NCBI GenBank assembly: GCA_965204725.1
Contig: OZ242005.1
Coordinates: 960,001-1,024,000 of the forward strand
Reading direction: 5' to 3'
DNA length: 64,000 nucleotides
Source of the DNA: Candidatus Latescibacterota bacterium
GTDB taxonomy: Bacteria > Latescibacterota > UBA2968 > UBA8231
Of the stretch, positions 9,799-19,473 are shown piece by piece (positions within the stretch are counted from its first letter, which is position 1; every line of letters starts with the position of its first letter). Below the pieces are notes generated by a model. That model had not been told where the DNA came from and made no database searches. It saw only the letters and a list, made by a program, of their open reading frames with translations. A program made the translations under genes and the position numbers.

Positions 9799-11259
9799 TT
9801 AATACGCGCCCTTAATCCGCCCAAACCACCCGCGCAATGGGTCGCCCAAGTCCTCCATGTAGCGGTCCATCCGCCCCATCAGGTCTTGCCGCACGGCCTC
9901 GTACGCTGGATCGCCATACACGTTGTCGAGCTGATAGGGGTCGCGTTGCAAGTCGTACAGCTCGCCCGGATCGCCCGAATTAAAGGTGAACTGATGGGTG
10001 CGGGTGCGGACCATGCGCTGGTTGACGACCGTAAAATGGCGGTCGAACACGCAATAGACTTCTTCGCGGCCGTTCGCAAACGGGCGGCCCTCTATGGCCG
10101 GAAGGAAGGACGCGCCGTCGAGGCTGGTGGGCACGTTGAGGCCGGCCGCGTCGAGGGACGAGAGCATGATTTCGTGCAAATAGACGAATTCGTCGCAGGC
10201 CGTGCCGGGGGCTTGGCAGTCGGGATGGGCGATGACGAGCGGGATGCGGTAGATCTCGTCGTACATGAACTCGCCCTTCTCGATCAGCTTGTGCGCGCCG
10301 AGGCAGTCGCCGTGATCCGAGGTATAGACGATTATGGTGTCGTCGAGGACGCCTAGTTGTTCCAAGTGAGCGACCACGCGACCGACCATGTCGTCAATCA
10401 AGGTGCAATGCCCAAAGTAGCGGGCGGCAATTTCCTGAAAGCCCGCCCAACCGTACTCGCCCAATCCCCACAGCCGCTCGATCAGTTGCTGGCGATAGGG
10501 CTTTTTCGCAAAGGTCTCGGCGTACCCAGGGTGTTGGGGAATGGCCTTGGGGTCGTACATGGAAAAGTACGGCTCTGGAACCAGCGAGGGGCTGTGCGGC
10601 CCCCAAAAGTTGGCCCACAAGAAAAAGGGCTGCTCCGCGGTAGCCACTTCGGCGAGGACGCGGTTGGCCTCTTCGGCGACGAAGTACTCAATGCACGACT
10701 CGACCGGCCCTTCGTGCAATGCAAACATCTCCTGAGCTTGGTTGGAGGGGTTGGTGCCGACAAAGCGGTGCGAGACCGAGGGCGGCGGGTCAAAACCGCG
10801 CTCTTTGAGATAATCGGCGTAGGGGTTGTGCCCCCTCGGCGCGGCCCCGAATTGCAGGCCGGGGAGCAAGCCGGCCCCCGGAAAGGCGTAGCCCATAAAG
10901 TCTTGGCCGGTGAACCCGTAGCCGGTCGGGCCGGTCTGCTCATCCACGTGCCACTTGCCGGCGTAGCCGCAGCGATAGCCCGCCTCGGCCAGATAGTGAT
11001 TTAGCCCGCGCACCCCCGCACGCAGGCACTGGCCGTTGGCGGTTACGCCGTGTTTGTGCGGGTAGAGGCCCGTGTAAAAGGAGGCGCGGGCCGGCGAGCA
11101 GATTGCGGTCGGCGTGAAGGCCGAGTCGAAGCGGACGCCGCGCGCGGCCAAGGAGTCGATGTGGGGCGTCTGGCAGACCTCGTTTTGCCCGTAGCAACTC
11201 ACCGTATCGAGCCGCTGCTGGTCGGACATCAGGACGACGATGTTGGGACGCTTAGGCAT
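9799..11259 (-). CDS. Sulfatase (Cys-type)
   Basis: Start MPKRPNIVVLMSDQQR overlaps the upstream stop; CSPAR (CxPxR), GKWH, GPH, SDHG. Confidence 0.92.
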   Translation of the reverse strand: MPKRPNIVVLMSDQQRLDTVSCYGQNEVCQTPHIDSLAARGVRFDSAFTPTAICSPARASFYTGLYPHKHGVTANGQCLRAGVRGLNHYLAEAGYRCGYAGKWHVDEQTGPTGYGFTGQDFMGYAFPGAGLLPGLQFGAAPRGHNPYADYLKERGFDPPPSVSHRFVGTNPSNQAQEMFALHEGPVESCIEYFVAEEANRVLAEVATAEQPFFLWANFWGPHSPSLVPEPYFSMYDPKAIPQHPGYAETFAKKPYRQQLIERLWGLGEYGWAGFQEIAARYFGHCTLIDDMVGRVVAHLEQLGVLDDTIIVYTSDHGDCLGAHKLIEKGEFMYDEIYRIPLVIAHPDCQAPGTACDEFVYLHEIMLSSLDAAGLNVPTSLDGASFLPAIEGRPFANGREEVYCVFDRHFTVVNQRMVRTRTHQFTFNSGDPGELYDLQRDPYQLDNVYGDPAYEAVRQDLMGRMDRYMEDLGDPLRGWFGRIKGAY

Positions 11260-12227
11260 TAGCGCTCCTCCTGCCGCAAATCCAGCCACGCCATTTCCGC
11301 CGCGGTGAGCGGGTCGTCGAGGGCTTGCTCGTTGGCCGCGAGCTCCGCGCCGCTCATGCTGCGGACTAGCGCGTAGATGTTGAGCGGGTAGCTGAGCACA
11401 TAAGACAAGGCGATCTGCGGCACCGACCGCCCCTTTTCCTCGGCCAGTGCCCACGCTCGGTCGAGCCGCTTGAAGTTGTCTTCGCAGTAGTAGGACTTGG
11501 CCATGGAGCCATCGAATTGGTCGCGGACTTGCTCGGCGTTGGCGCGGGTGATTTTGCCCGAGAAGAAGCCGCGGCCCACGCTCGACCAAGTAAAGAGCGG
11601 CATGTCGCACTCCGCGTACCACGTGCGGGCGGCGGCTTGGCCCGGGCCGGCAATCGACAGGCAATCCTTCCACGGCTCGGCGATTTGATCCGCCAAGCTG
11701 AAGTTCGGGCTGGAGGCCGCAAAAGGCACGAGCCCGCGGCGGTCTGCGTATTCGTTGGCCTCGGCCAAGCGTTCCGGCGTCCAATTCGAGCCGCCAAAGG
11801 CGTGGATGCGGCCGGCCGCGCGATGCTCGTTGAGCGCCTCGACGATGGGGCCGACCGGGACCGCCGGGTCGTCGCGGTGCAGCAGGTAGAGGTCGATATA
11901 GTCGGAGCGCAGGCGCGCCAACGAGTCTGCTAGGTCCGCGGCAATATCGTACGGGGTGACGCGATTGCGGTCTTGGTTGTGGTGGGCGCCCTTGCCAATG
12001 ATGACGACTTCATCGCGGTTGCCCCGTTCCTCCATCCACAGCCCGAGTGTGCGATCGACTTCACCGCCGCCGTAGCCGTGAGCCGTGTCGTAGGCCGTGA
12101 TGCCGGCCTGCCGAGTGGCGTCGAGCAGGGCAAAGCCCTCTTCCTTGCGGCTGCGGGTGAGCATGATGCAGCCTTGCACTAAGCGCGAGATCTTTTTTGC
12201 GCTGCCTGATACGGTGCCGTATTGCAC
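11259..12227 (-). CDS. Aldo/keto reductase
   Basis: DTAHGYG, SLARLRSDYIDLYLLHRDD, GGSNW. Confidence 0.92.
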   Translation of the reverse strand: MQYGTVSGSAKKISRLVQGCIMLTRSRKEEGFALLDATRQAGITAYDTAHGYGGGEVDRTLGLWMEERGNRDEVVIIGKGAHHNQDRNRVTPYDIAADLADSLARLRSDYIDLYLLHRDDPAVPVGPIVEALNEHRAAGRIHAFGGSNWTPERLAEANEYADRRGLVPFAASSPNFSLADQIAEPWKDCLSIAGPGQAAARTWYAECDMPLFTWSSVGRGFFSGKITRANAEQVRDQFDGSMAKSYYCEDNFKRLDRAWALAEEKGRSVPQIALSYVLSYPLNIYALVRSMSGAELAANEQALDDPLTAAEMAWLDLRQEER

Positions 12228-12240
12228 GAGTGCTTTCCTT

Positions 12241-13224
12241 TCATTCCATGGGATATTTTAGGCCGATCTGGGCGCGGATTTCGTCGAGGATCCGCATCAG
12301 GGCCACGGTTTCGTCGAGCGGCATGACCGCGCTCTCGGTCCGCCCTGTGCCGAGACAGCGGGCGACTTCTTGCGCCTCGTAGTTGTAGCCATTGCCCGTC
12401 AGGGGCAATCGGACGTGTTCTGTGCGCCCCTCGGCTCTGAGCGTGGCGCTTTCGCCCTTCCACCACGAAGGGTCAATGGCAATCGTCCCCTCGCTGCCGA
12501 CGATGCGGGCCTCGTGTGGGGTCGTGGCGCGGATGGCGCAGGAGAGGTTGGCGATGGCGCCGCCGCTATAGCGGAGCACGATGCCGGTCCGCTCGTCAAC
12601 GCCGGTTGCGCCGAGGTGTGCGGTCGCGGCGATTTGGGCTGGTTGCGCCCCGAGGACCATCGCCGCAAAGGAGACGACGTAGATGCCAATGTCGAGCAGG
12701 GCACCGCCGCCCAAAGCGGGGTTGAAGAGCCGGCCGGTGGGATTGACGCCGGCGCGAAAACCAAAGTCGGCGCTGACCATGAGCGGCTCGCCGATCGCAC
12801 CGGCGGCGAGCCACCGGCGCACTTGGACCATAATGGGCAGGTAGCGGGTCCAGATGGCCTCCATCAGCAAGACGCCGTGGGCGCGGGCACAGGCGACGAC
12901 GGCGGCGGCCTCGGACGCGTTGATGGTAAACGGCTTCTCGCACAGCACGGCCTTGCCGGCTTGGAGGCCGAGGATCGAGTGGTCTTTGTGAAAGGGATGG
13001 GGAGTGGCCACGTACACCGCGTCGATGTCGGGATCAGCGCAGAGGGCTTCGTACGAGGCGTGGCGGTTGGGGGCACCGTACTGGTCGGCAAAGGCGTCGG
13101 CGCGCTGCCGGTCGCGCGAGCCAACGGCGACGAGGGCTCCTTCGGGAATGGCTTGGAGGCCAACGGCGAATTTGTGGGCAATGCTGCCCGGGCCGAGGAT
13201 CCCCCAGCGGATGGGTTTGGTCAT
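12241..13224 (-). CDS. Gfo/Idh/MocA family oxidoreductase
   Basis: GILGPGSIA, VLCEKP, GGGALLDIGIY. Confidence 0.92.
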   Translation of the reverse strand: MTKPIRWGILGPGSIAHKFAVGLQAIPEGALVAVGSRDRQRADAFADQYGAPNRHASYEALCADPDIDAVYVATPHPFHKDHSILGLQAGKAVLCEKPFTINASEAAAVVACARAHGVLLMEAIWTRYLPIMVQVRRWLAAGAIGEPLMVSADFGFRAGVNPTGRLFNPALGGGALLDIGIYVVSFAAMVLGAQPAQIAATAHLGATGVDERTGIVLRYSGGAIANLSCAIRATTPHEARIVGSEGTIAIDPSWWKGESATLRAEGRTEHVRLPLTGNGYNYEAQEVARCLGTGRTESAVMPLDETVALMRILDEIRAQIGLKYPME

Positions 13225-13530
13225 GGACGCTCCTAGCGTGGGCTGAGGTGGAAGATGGGTTGAGATATAGTTTGCCCGTAGGTAGATCGGGCGTCAAGGA
13301 CGTCCGCGGCCAAACGCGCTAAAACGTGCAGTTTTTCTTGACAAGTCGTTTTTAATTTGCGTGTATTGTAAGCCCTTTTTGGGCGGCGAATTTGGTGCCG
13401 CCGGTTAGCGGACGGATGAGACATCATGGTTGATCATTCCATATCAGACGGGGGCCTTGCTGCGAGCGCCGAGCCTCGTTGGGTGCTCGTCGATTTAATG
13501 TTTCATAAGTCATTGAAAAACAACGACTTA

Positions 13531-13546
13531 CCCCCCCCCCCCCCCC
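13531..13546. repeat. Homopolymeric C16 tract
   Basis: 16 consecutive C, preceded by the imperfect inverted repeat AAGTCATTG-AAAAA-CAACGACTT. Confidence 0.9.
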
Positions 13547-13725
13547 ACAAATTCTTCTAGATCACTAAGCACTAAACTCTCTGCTTCTCAGCATCGGCCT
13601 ACCGATCGCACGAGGCCGTTTGGCGTAGCGAGGGGCTTGCCGCACAGCCCCAAGGCCCTCGCAGTGCCAAGCGGCCTTCGTCATGTACGCCGAGTGCTGT
13701 CTAAGGCTAGCCCCACCTCTTCCCC

Positions 13726-13821
13726 TGGGATCGAGGGCATCTTGCCCTCGGCGAGGGCGGGACGCCCTCGATCCCGGCAATACCCTCGATCCCGGACGCA
13801 ACGGAAGGGTCGCGTACTAAG
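13726..13821 (-). mobile_element. MITE family A copy 3 (inverted, one end missing, internal partial duplication)
   Basis: Reverse complement reads CTTAGTACGCGACCCTTCCGTTGCGTCCGGGATCGAGGG...GCCCTCGCCGAGGGCAAGATGCCCTCGATCCCA. Confidence 0.75.
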
Positions 13822-13854
13822 CCCTTCCCCTACCCTTCGTACAAGGAGCAAAAA

Positions 13855-15084
13855 ATGCCGTCGTTGAAACAGGTAAAAATCAAGTTCGTGTTCGTCCTTT
13901 TGGGCATCGTCAGTGCTTGGATTGGCTGCTCCGACGCCCCGCCGGTAGCTCCTCGTCCTGCGGGCAAAGCCACCTGTGCCTTGTGCGATTTCTTGGGCGA
14001 CGAGAGATACACCATTGCCGACGGGCAGAGCATCCCCGAAAGCCCCGACAGCACCCAGACTGAAGCTGAAACCGATAGCACCCAGACCGAAGCCGATAGC
14101 ACCCAATCGGCCACCGTTTCGTTCGCCGACGCCAATCTGGAGCGTGCGGTGCGGGAGGCACTAAATCGCCCGCAAGGAACCCTGACCGTGGCGGATCTGG
14201 ATACACTGACCGTGCTCGACGCGAGCGATAGAAACATTCAGAGCTTGGCTGGCCTCGAACACGCGACGGCACTGCAAACGCTATATCTGCTGCGCAACGA
14301 AATTACGGATGTGAGTCCGCTGGCCGGCCTGACCAACCTGCAATCGCTGTCGTTGTGGGGGAATGAGATTGCGGACGTGCAGCCGTTGGCTAGCCTGACC
14401 AATCTGCGAAAGCTGTCGCTATGGGGTAACGAGATTACGGACATCCAGCCGTTAGCCAGCCTAACCAAACTGCAATGGCTTCAGCTAGGGAACAACGACA
14501 TTGCGGACATGCGGCCGTTAGCCAGCCTAACGAACCTCTATTGGCTGGGCGTGTTGGACAATGCCCTCAGCGGACACGCCATCAACCAACAACTCGCCGC
14601 CTTGCTAGAAAGGGGCGTCCGCATCCAAGCGGTAATAGACCGCATCCAATCCCCAGTGGAAGAAGTGGAAGAAGAGGAAGAAGAAGCAACGGAAGTCCGT
14701 TTGTTCGCCGACGCCAATCTGGAACGTGAAGTGCGAGCGGCACTGAGTCGCCCGCAGGGGACGCTTATCGCGGCGGATCTGGCTTCCCTGACCGTGCTCG
14801 AAGCGCGCAGTAAAAACATTCAGAGCTTGGCCGGCCTCCAACACGCGACAGCTCTGCAAACGCTGGACCTATACAACAACCAAATTACGGACTTGAGTCC
14901 GTTGGCCAGCCTGACCAGCTTGCAAGTGATATTTCTGCACAGCAACCAAGTTGCGGATGCGAGTCCGTTGGTCGGCCTGACCGCCCTGCAAACGCTGAAT
15001 CTGCAAAACAATCCCCTCAGCACAGCATCAATCAACACACACATCCCCGCCATACAAACAAACGGTGCCGTGGTAACCCATTGA
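13855..15084 (+). CDS. Internalin-like leucine-rich-repeat lipoprotein with two capped LRR modules
   Basis: AAGGAG RBS; signal peptide ending WIGC (lipobox-like); 22-aa LxxLxLxxNxIxDxxPLxxLT repeats; cap FADANLER occurs twice. Confidence 0.88.
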   Translation: MPSLKQVKIKFVFVLLGIVSAWIGCSDAPPVAPRPAGKATCALCDFLGDERYTIADGQSIPESPDSTQTEAETDSTQTEADSTQSATVSFADANLERAVREALNRPQGTLTVADLDTLTVLDASDRNIQSLAGLEHATALQTLYLLRNEITDVSPLAGLTNLQSLSLWGNEIADVQPLASLTNLRKLSLWGNEITDIQPLASLTKLQWLQLGNNDIADMRPLASLTNLYWLGVLDNALSGHAINQQLAALLERGVRIQAVIDRIQSPVEEVEEEEEEATEVRLFADANLEREVRAALSRPQGTLIAADLASLTVLEARSKNIQSLAGLQHATALQTLDLYNNQITDLSPLASLTSLQVIFLHSNQVADASPLVGLTALQTLNLQNNPLSTASINTHIPAIQTNGAVVTH

Positions 15085-15165
15085 GGACAGCGATTCGCTT
15101 CGCAAGGTTTTTAGTTTATCCGAGCTCTCATCGGCTTGGTATAGGACGGGAACTGAAGTAATTAC

Positions 15166-15301
15166 CTAAGTACGCGACACTTGCGTTGAGTCCGCCTTTT
15201 CTGGCGTTGCCGCTGCGCCCGGGATCGAGGGCGTCCCGCCCTCGACGAGGGCAAGATGCCCTCGATCCTTGGAAGGTTGACCGCGGGTGTCGTGTAGTAA
15301 G
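15166..15301 (+). mobile_element. MITE family A copy 4 (longest, 136 bp) with 9-bp target-site duplication
   Basis: CTAAGTACGCGACAC...GTGTCGTGTAGTAAG flanked by AGTAATTAC at 15157-15165 and 15302-15310. Confidence 0.9.
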
Positions 15302-15310
15302 AGTAATTAC

Positions 15311-15474
15311 TCAGTACTTTGTATCGATCCATTGGGCATACCTGCCCTGACAGGGATAGCCGTTCTCGTCGTTGTGTCTATTGAGAGCAGTCGTCTGCTT
15401 TCTCCGCTTAAAGTGCTTTCCGCAGAACGAACATTCATAAACATAGGTTGGGCCGCTCGGAGACGATATGGCAT
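15311..15474 (-). pseudogene. Probable frameshifted small zinc-finger protein (CxxC...H...C)
   Basis: AAAGGAG RBS + ATG at 15474; an adjacent frame reads SPSGPTYVYECSFCGKHFKRRKQTTALNRHNDENGYPCQGRYAQWIDTKY*. Confidence 0.45.
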
Positions 15475-15493
15475 AGAGGCTCTCCTTTGCTAG

Positions 15494-18400
15494 TCAGCTT
15501 GCAGCGGCAAAATCGCGGGCGTTTTGGAAGAGCTTGAGCCACGGGCCTGCTTCGCCGGTCCACTCGGCCGGACGCCAAGACAGTTGCACATTGCGGAAGA
15601 CGCGCTCGGGATGCGGCATCATGATGGTGGCGCGGCCATCGGCGCTGGTGAAGGCGGTCAGTCCTGCGGGCGACCCATTCGGATTGGACGGATAGCACTC
15701 GGCCGGGTGGCCGTAGTTATCTACGTAGCGCAGGCAGAGTTGATTTTGCCCTCGCGCCTGTTCCAAGGCTCGCTCATGGTCAAATTGGACGCGGCCCTCG
15801 CCGTGGGCTACCGCAATGGGCAGGCGCGACCCTTCCATGCCGCGCAAGAGCACCGAGCGGCTCTCCAGCACCTCTACGGTCGCCAGCCGCGCCTCAAACT
15901 GCTCGGAGCGGTTGGGGCCAAATCGCGGCCAGTTGGCCGCGCCCGGAATCAGCTCCTTGAGATGCGACAGCATCTGGCAGCCATTGCACACGCCCAAGGA
16001 AAAGGTATCCGGCCGCGCGAAGAAGGCGGCGAATTGCGCGCGCAGACGGTCGTGGAAGAGGATCGAGCGCGCCCAGCCGGCCCCGGCCCCTAACACATCG
16101 CCGTAGCTGAAGCCGCCGCAGGCCGCCAGTCCGTGGAACCCACTCAACTCGGCGCGGCCGGCCAACAAGTCGGTCATGGTCACGTCTATCGCCTCGCAGG
16201 CGGCCGCGTCAAAAGCGGCGGCCATTTCCACTTGGCCGTTGATGCCCTGCTCTCTCAGCACGGCTACGCGAGGCCGCGCCTTGCCCCTTATCGTCGGGGC
16301 GCCGTCGTGCGCCAAGTGGAAGTTCAGGCCCGGGTCTTGGCGGTCGCCGAGGGCCTCGTACTCTTCGCGGGCGCAGTCTGGGTCGTCGCGGTGGGCCTGC
16401 ATCCGATACGTCAGCTCAGCCCACGCTGCTTGGAGGTCGAGCAGGGGGGCCGCATAGACGAGCTCGCCGCTGCTGCAAACGCGCAGGTGCAAGGCGTCAA
16501 CGGGCTGGCCCACGTCGTGGACCAAATCGGCCAAGCCGTGGTCCGCAAAGACCTGATACACGGCGTGCTCATCCTCGGCGCGGTATTGAATCACGACGCC
16601 CACTTCCTCGCAAAAAAGGGCGGCGAGCGGATCGCGGCCCAGCGCGGCAATCTCCAACTCCACGCCGCAGCGGCCGGCAAAGGCCATCTCGGCCACGGCC
16701 GTGAAGAGGCCGCCGTCGGAGCGGTCGTGGTACGCGAGCACGAGCTCTTGGGCGAGCAAAGTCTGCACGGCCTCGTACAAGGAGCGAACCTCGTGCGCTT
16801 CCACATCCGGGACCTCGCAGCCGATTTGGTTGTACACTTGGGCGAGACAAGAGCCGCCAAGGCGGTTTTGTCCCCGGCCCAAGTCAACGAGCAGGAGCCG
16901 GGTGTCGCCGCGCTTTAGGTCGGGCGTGGCGTGGCGGTGGACATCTTCTACGGGCGCGAAGGCCGAGACGACCAAGCTCAAGGGAGCGACCACCTTGTGC
17001 GCTGTGCCCGCGGCGTCTTCCCACACGGCCCGCATGGACAGGGAGTCTTTGCCCACCGGGATGGATACCCCCAAGGCCGGGCAAAACTCCAACCCCACCG
17101 CACGCACGGTGTCGTACAGGGCCGCGTCCTCGCCCTCTTCGCCGCAGGCGCACATCCAGTTGCCCGACAGCTTGATGCGGTGAATCGAGCCGATGGACGC
17201 CGCGGCGATGTTGGTGATGGCCTCGGCTATGGCCACGCGCCCGGACGCCGGCGCATCAACTAAGGCGAGGGGGGTGCGCTCGCCCATGGCCATGGCCGAT
17301 CCGGTGGCTCCCTGAAAGGAGTGGCAGGTCAGGGCCAGATCGGCGACCGGCACCTGATGGGGGCCGACCATCTGATCGCGGGCGACCAAGCCGGTGACCG
17401 TGCGGTCGGCGATGGTGATGAGGAAGGTCTTGGCCGCTACGGCTGGGAAGCGGAGGACGCGCGCGGCCGCCTCGGCCACGGAGGGCGGCACCAAGGCGAG
17501 GGGCTGCAACACGGGCTGGCTGCGCGTTGCTCGGCGCAGCATCTTGGGCGGCTTGCCCAAAATGACCGCTAGGTCGAGGCGGTCAATGGGCTTGCCGCCG
17601 AGGAGCGAGTCGTCGAGGGAGAGCAGGCCATCGCCCGTGATCTCGCCGATGACCGCAAACAGGCAACGCTCGCGTGCGGCCAACTCGGCAAAGCGAGCCA
17701 AATCAGCGCGGCCCACCACCAGCACGTAGCGCTCTTGCGCCTCGTTGCTCCAAATCTGCATCGGACTCATGCCCGGGTCGTCGTTGTGAATGGCGCGCAA
17801 GTCAAAGCGCGCGCCCACGTCTGCGACCAGCTCCGGGCAGGCGTTGGACAGGCCGCCGGCCCCCACGTCGTGGATGCTGAGGATGGGGTTTTCCGCGCCG
17901 AGTGCTATGCAGCGGCTGATTAGCTCTTGGCAGCGGCGCTGCATCTCGGGGTTGTCGCGCTGCACCGAGGCAAAATCGAGGTCCTCGCTGTTGGCGCCGG
18001 TGTCCATGCTAGAGGCCGCGCCGCCGCCGAGGCCAATGAGCATGGCCGGTCCCCCGAGCTGAATGACGCAATCGCCCGCGGCCGGGGTTTTCTTGGCTAC
18101 GTGGGCGGCGTCGATGAGCCCCACGCCGCCCGCGACCATGATCGGCTTGTGATAGCCGCGCCACACTCCGGTGCTGTCGTCCTCTAAGGTGCGGAACACC
18201 CCCAAGATGTTGGGCCGGCCGAATTCATTGCCAAAGGCCGCGCCGCCGATCGGCCCTTCGGTCATAATGGCGAGCGGGGAAGCCAAGCGGTCTGGGCAGG
18301 CGGCTCGCTTGTTTTCCCACGGCTGAGCAAACCGAGGCAGGCGCAGATGCGAGGTGAAAAAGGCGCACAGGCCGGCCTGCGACCAGCCGCCCGTGCCGGC

Positions 18401-19327
18401 CGCCCCTTCGTCGCGGATCTCCCCGCCGACTCCGGTAGAGGCACCGGGATAGGGCGCGATGGCGGTGGGATGGTTGTGGGTCTCGACCTTGATCAAGACG
18501 TGGGTCTGGCGCGGGCGGTATCCATAGCGAAAGCCCTCGTCCGGGCCGAAGACCGGCACGGCAAAGCCCTCGATTACGCCGGCGTTGTCGGAATACGCCT
18601 TAACCGTGCCTTGGGGGTGGGCGGTGTGCGTGTGGCGAACCATGTCGAAGAGCGAGTGCGCTTGGTGCTGGCCGTTGATGACCCAATCGGCGTTGAAAAT
18701 TTTATGGCGGCAGTGCTCGGAGTTGACCACCGCAAACATCATCAGCTCCACGTCCGTCGGATCGCGGCCGGCAAAGGCGTGTAGCGCGTAGTCGATTTCC
18801 TCGTCTGACAGGGCCAAGCCCATCGTGCGATTGGCGGTCACGAGCGCCCGCCGCCCCTCGGCCTGCACCGGAATGTGGACTAGCGGTTTGGGTTCCACGC
18901 GGCGAAAGAGGGACGCTAAGGAATGGAGCGGCGCCTCGGTCATGCGGTCGTAGAGCAACGGCAAGACCGCGCTGGGCAAGGTATCGGCGGCCAAGGCATA
19001 GCGCGTGCCGCGCTCGACTCGGCGCACGAATTCAAGGCCGCAGTTTTTGAGGATGTCGGTGGCCTTGCTCGACCACGGGGACGTCGTGCCCGGGCGCGGG
19101 CCAATGGTGACCTCGTTGCGCGTGCGCGCTGGCAGGGCCGCATCTACGTCGAGAAGGCGCATGAGCCGTGCCCGCTCGTCGTCTGCTAGGGCGCGTGTGC
19201 ATTGCACGGCATAGAAATACGTGGCGTGCAGGTCTTCAATCTCGGGGGCGCACCGCTGGCAGTCCGCTAAAAGCGACCGACGGCGCAGGGACGACAGGGC
19301 CGGGGGGCCGACAAAGGCGAGTAGCAT
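15494..19327 (-). CDS. purL: Phosphoribosylformylglycinamidine synthase (large fused form)
   Basis: [34 protein letters not shown], glutaminase GVCNGCQM and MMPHPER. Confidence 0.97.
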   Translation of the reverse strand: MLLAFVGPPALSSLRRRSLLADCQRCAPEIEDLHATYFYAVQCTRALADDERARLMRLLDVDAALPARTRNEVTIGPRPGTTSPWSSKATDILKNCGLEFVRRVERGTRYALAADTLPSAVLPLLYDRMTEAPLHSLASLFRRVEPKPLVHIPVQAEGRRALVTANRTMGLALSDEEIDYALHAFAGRDPTDVELMMFAVVNSEHCRHKIFNADWVINGQHQAHSLFDMVRHTHTAHPQGTVKAYSDNAGVIEGFAVPVFGPDEGFRYGYRPRQTHVLIKVETHNHPTAIAPYPGASTGVGGEIRDEGAAGTGGWSQAGLCAFFTSHLRLPRFAQPWENKRAACPDRLASPLAIMTEGPIGGAAFGNEFGRPNILGVFRTLEDDSTGVWRGYHKPIMVAGGVGLIDAAHVAKKTPAAGDCVIQLGGPAMLIGLGGGAASSMDTGANSEDLDFASVQRDNPEMQRRCQELISRCIALGAENPILSIHDVGAGGLSNACPELVADVGARFDLRAIHNDDPGMSPMQIWSNEAQERYVLVVGRADLARFAELAARERCLFAVIGEITGDGLLSLDDSLLGGKPIDRLDLAVILGKPPKMLRRATRSQPVLQPLALVPPSVAEAAARVLRFPAVAAKTFLITIADRTVTGLVARDQMVGPHQVPVADLALTCHSFQGATGSAMAMGERTPLALVDAPASGRVAIAEAITNIAAASIGSIHRIKLSGNWMCACGEEGEDAALYDTVRAVGLEFCPALGVSIPVGKDSLSMRAVWEDAAGTAHKVVAPLSLVVSAFAPVEDVHRHATPDLKRGDTRLLLVDLGRGQNRLGGSCLAQVYNQIGCEVPDVEAHEVRSLYEAVQTLLAQELVLAYHDRSDGGLFTAVAEMAFAGRCGVELEIAALGRDPLAALFCEEVGVVIQYRAEDEHAVYQVFADHGLADLVHDVGQPVDALHLRVCSSGELVYAAPLLDLQAAWAELTYRMQAHRDDPDCAREEYEALGDRQDPGLNFHLAHDGAPTIRGKARPRVAVLREQGINGQVEMAAAFDAAACEAIDVTMTDLLAGRAELSGFHGLAACGGFSYGDVLGAGAGWARSILFHDRLRAQFAAFFARPDTFSLGVCNGCQMLSHLKELIPGAANWPRFGPNRSEQFEARLATVEVLESRSVLLRGMEGSRLPIAVAHGEGRVQFDHERALEQARGQNQLCLRYVDNYGHPAECYPSNPNGSPAGLTAFTSADGRATIMMPHPERVFRNVQLSWRPAEWTGEAGPWLKLFQNARDFAAAS

Positions 19328-19473
19328 GGGATACTTTCTAAAGGGAAAAGTGCGATAAATGTAGGAGTTGCCGCGAAAACGCTCAAGCATTGAGGCGGCT
19401 CGCCGCTCGCGTTTTGCCTCTGCGTACATACATGGCTATTTTTCCAACCCCTAGCCCATGAGTTGGAGGTTCT

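Noticed and set aside
15287-15493. 68-aa plus-strand ORF after MITE-A
   Set aside because: Starts inside the MITE end; the minus-strand zinc-finger reading explains the region better
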